Shown piece after piece: positions 61,588-64,000 of a DNA stretch of 64,000 nucleotides. Source of the DNA: Fimbriimonadales bacterium (GTDB lineage Bacteria > Armatimonadota > Fimbriimonadia > Fimbriimonadales > ATM1); assembly GCA_051003155.1 (NCBI GenBank), contig JBPCLO010000008.1, forward strand, positions 18,152 to 82,151, written 5' to 3'. The translations under genes were made by a program, and so were the position numbers. The notes below the pieces were generated by a model. The model was not told where the DNA came from, made no database searches, and was given only the letters and a program-made list of their open reading frames with translations. The first letter of the stretch is position 1; each line of letters begins with the position of its first letter.

Positions 61588-61638
61588 GTCGTACGCGTCG
61601 TGCGGGGAGGTCTTTCAGCCGTGGAGCGTCGCGGAGTT

Positions 61639-61863
61639 TCATTCCTCGATAAGCTCCCACGAAAGGTAAGAAGACGACTCCATGACAAGCCGCTTCATTA
61701 TCTGTAATGGCGTATCAGTTGGCCAAAACGAGAGGTACTTCTCTACTATCCTGCGCGCAGTTGCCGCCTTGTCTCCGTCATAGTGCCAGCCGTCGTCGTC
61801 ATGCCAAACGCGGGCAAATTGCACCGTTCCGCTCGTTGCGTCCCACATGCGTAAAGACTTCAC
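61639..61863 (-). CDS. Small phage hypothetical protein
   Basis: GAGG upstream of GTG; follows the MuF gene. Confidence 0.55.
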   Translation of the reverse strand: MKSLRMWDATSGTVQFARVWHDDDGWHYDGDKAATARRIVEKYLSFWPTDTPLQIMKRLVMESSSYLSWELIEE

Positions 61864-61882
61864 TTCATCAAGTCCTCGAAGG

Positions 61883-62713
61883 TTATTGGCCCCCCGGCGC
61901 AGGGCCGGTGTACGCTTTCCCCGGTAAGCCGACGCCCTCCCGAATGCCCAGCATTCCATGATTCGCCGCCTTCCACAAGTCCCAGCGCGATTGTACTACC
62001 GGCTTGCCAACCAGGGAGAGCAACGGCATAAACGTACATCGGCATTGCCAATGGAGCGGCGGGATGATGCCGAACAGCGGATACGGAGCCGCCGTGAGTG
62101 CGTCGATGGGGAGCACGAGCCCGTCGAGCGGATAGCAAATCTCGCAAACCCGTGTATCCATAATCGCCGTATACTCCAGCCCGACGATGGCCTTGTTCTT
62201 TGCGAACTCGGTTATCCTGCCCCGGTTGAACATATAGGCCGCTACCGAACGCGCCATTCGCTCAGCCCTGAGCCGTGACCACGTAGGAAACTCCTGCATA
62301 AGAGCCTTCATCTGCCCCCGCGCCCCTTCATGCAAATGGTCGGCTACTATCTCGGCGGCCTTGTCCGGTATGGCGTCGAGCCAGTCTGCGGCCATGCGCG
62401 CGAACGGCCCCGTGCCCGCGCTCGCGATCACCGCGAACGACTGCGCCCCGCCCGCCTCAATCCACGCCCGCTCCCGCCCGTACTGCTCGGTAGCGTTGCT
62501 CAGGATGCGGAAGGCGGTCGTTACGGCGATAAGGACAACAGGAGGAACGTCGAAGCGGCCAGTCTCAATGTCTTCCTCCGTCCATCCGCTGAGCATTCGG
62601 AGAATGGCGCGGTGAATGGCTCGCCCGAATCGGGCCTCGGCCTCATCGAGGAACCGCTCTACGGCTGGAACATCGAGGGCTATCGTGCGAGGGTCGTCGA
62701 AGGCAATAGCCAT
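61883..62713 (-). CDS. Phage minor head/morphogenesis protein (MuF / SPP1 gp7 family)
   Basis: RAERMARS, AIMDTRVCEIC..LDG, PPLHWQCRCT. Confidence 0.9.
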   Translation of the reverse strand: MAIAFDDPRTIALDVPAVERFLDEAEARFGRAIHRAILRMLSGWTEEDIETGRFDVPPVVLIAVTTAFRILSNATEQYGRERAWIEAGGAQSFAVIASAGTGPFARMAADWLDAIPDKAAEIVADHLHEGARGQMKALMQEFPTWSRLRAERMARSVAAYMFNRGRITEFAKNKAIVGLEYTAIMDTRVCEICYPLDGLVLPIDALTAAPYPLFGIIPPLHWQCRCTFMPLLSLVGKPVVQSRWDLWKAANHGMLGIREGVGLPGKAYTGPAPGGQ

Positions 62714-62719
62714 AACGTC

Positions 62720-63232
62720 TCATGGCGTGAAACTGTGGCCGCATTCGGGGCACGTTACCGGCGTCTTCTCGTCCAGTCGCCCTTGCTCATCGATAGATGC
62801 GGGCGTGAAGTCCGCGATCAGTTTTGATAGCTCGTCGTCCCTGAACAGATCATCCATCGGTACATCTTCGGCCATGAGCCGAGCAAGTACCCCCTCGTCC
62901 CATTCGAGGTTTACCTGCCCAACGCGGTTCTGGAGGAGTGCGAGGCGCTTCGCCTTTACGTCCTTCTCAAGGTCGAGGTCGGTTCGCTGATGGATGATCG
63001 GGCGCGTACCGTCGCTTTGCACAACGATGGCGTCCATCATGCCCACGGCGGCAAGCGTCTCGACACGGCCATTGCCCGAAATGACCGCGCCGTTCTTATC
63101 GACCGTTACCGAATCGCCGTACCCGCATTCGGTAATCGACTTCTCCATCATGCCCATACCGCGCTCGGTATGCCGGTTTGCGTTCGCCATATCTGGCGTG
63201 AGGTCGCTTACCGACTTGATCGCCTTAGGCAC
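62720..63232 (-). CDS. Phage ParB/Srx-like domain protein with C-terminal zinc-ribbon half
   Basis: DL.P...NAN.H, SI...G....VTVD.NG.VISGNGR, L..NR, CPECGHSF. Confidence 0.8.
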   Translation of the reverse strand: MPKAIKSVSDLTPDMANANRHTERGMGMMEKSITECGYGDSVTVDKNGAVISGNGRVETLAAVGMMDAIVVQSDGTRPIIHQRTDLDLEKDVKAKRLALLQNRVGQVNLEWDEGVLARLMAEDVPMDDLFRDDELSKLIADFTPASIDEQGRLDEKTPVTCPECGHSFTP

Positions 63233-63443
63233 CGCCGGTGTATCCCTTCGACTGCGCCCATTCTTTGAGCCACGGGAGCTTGTCCACGTTCCAGCGGAAC
63301 ACGGGGAGCTCCATGAACTGCTCCGGTGAGGAATTGCCCGCGAGGAACTTGTCGAGGTCGGCACCGTTGTCGATGCCTAAGTCCCAGGTTCGCTTAGGCC
63401 AATCATCTTCTTCTAACTGTCTGTCGTAGTCTGCTTTGTTCAT
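63225..63443 (-). CDS. Small phage hypothetical protein
   Basis: AAGGAG RBS; ATGA overlap with the upstream gene. Confidence 0.7.
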   Translation of the reverse strand: MNKADYDRQLEEDDWPKRTWDLGIDNGADLDKFLAGNSSPEQFMELPVFRWNVDKLPWLKEWAQSKGYTGGA

Positions 63444-63751
63444 TTCGTCTCCTTGATGCTCAATCCAACCGGCCTAAACTCGCGGGGTTCACGTCCTTCG
63501 TAACCAGACCGTCGAGCCTTGCCGTCTTCCCCGAACAAGAAGGTGAACTCGTCGTCGGTGTAGTACTCGTCCCCGTCGAACAGTCGCATATCCTCGATAC
63601 CGAAAGCCGCCCATTCTTCTGACACGTTTCTTTCCGCCATGAACGCCTTCATCAGGAATTGCTTATGAAGGCAATACGGCGGCTGAGGCATAGACTTCAA
63701 GGCTTCCGCTCTGGCCTTGCTTTCCAATCGGAGCCTTTCAGTTCCTGTCAT
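63440..63751 (-). CDS. Phage hypothetical protein, tandem paralog 1
   Basis: GGAGG RBS before MTGTERLRL; near-identical to the next ORF. Confidence 0.7.
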   Translation of the reverse strand: MTGTERLRLESKARAEALKSMPQPPYCLHKQFLMKAFMAERNVSEEWAAFGIEDMRLFDGDEYYTDDEFTFLFGEDGKARRSGYEGREPREFRPVGLSIKETK

Positions 63752-63764
63752 TTCTGCGCCTCCA

Positions 63765-64000
63765 TCATCGAAGCGGCTTCTGCCCGTCTTCCCCGAATAA
63801 GAAGGTGAACTCCTCGTCGGTGTAGTATTCATCCCCATCGAAAAGACGCGCGTCCTCGATACCGAAAGCGGCCCATTCTTCTGACACGTTTCCTTCCGCC
63901 ATGAACGCCTTCATCAGGAATTGCTTATGAAGGCAATACGGCGGCTGAGGCATAGACTTCAAGGCTTCCGCTCTGGCCTTGCTTTCCAATCGGAGCCTTT
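63765..64000 (-). CDS. Phage hypothetical protein, tandem paralog 2 (5' end outside window)
   Basis: 262-bp offset copy of paralog 1 with mostly synonymous changes. Confidence 0.7.
   Translation of the reverse strand, partial: RLRLESKARAEALKSMPQPPYCLHKQFLMKAFMAEGNVSEEWAAFGIEDARLFDGDEYYTDEEFTFLFGEDGQKPLR

Larger units (their letters stand above)
61009..64000. mobile_element. Edge of a prophage or satellite-like element at tRNA-Arg
   Basis: Phage-type genes (MuF, ParB-like) and tightly packed small ORFs start after the tRNA; integrase and second att site not in the window. Confidence 0.7.

Noticed and set aside
63521..64000. Diversity-generating retroelement TR/VR pair
   Set aside because: Mismatches are not adenine-specific on either strand, are mostly synonymous, and no reverse transcriptase is in the window.

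Overview
GC-rich bacterial chromosome segment, most likely Armatimonadota/Fimbriimonadaceae (recognised from the 16S sequence and the many PEP-CTERM genes; not database-confirmed). Housekeeping genes: 3' part of mutS, priA-def-fmt, pntAA-AB-B, purA, corA, bcp, dacB, hslV, lexA, rsmI, pyrR-pyrB-pyrC, gatC-gatA. Other loci: a stand-alone 16S rRNA gene with its own promoter and terminator, an EPS-export/exosortase/EpsI locus convergent with a type IV pilus operon, three intact and two broken PEP-CTERM genes, several decayed accessory genes, and a phage-like element starting right after tRNA-Arg(TCT) at the right end. Best hunt results: (1) a probable exported thioredoxin-fold selenoprotein split by an in-frame UGA followed by a SECIS-like hairpin (29036-30220); (2) a presenilin/SPP-like intramembrane protease with a GPAD motif; (3) two candidate structured non-coding RNAs; (4) a recurring T(C/T)CTCA-N12-TGAGGA palindrome; (5) widespread apparently leaderless genes; (6) three diverged 210-260 bp tandem duplications; (7) two small lipoproteins missing from the ORF track. 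Many start codons were re-picked by eye and are estimates.
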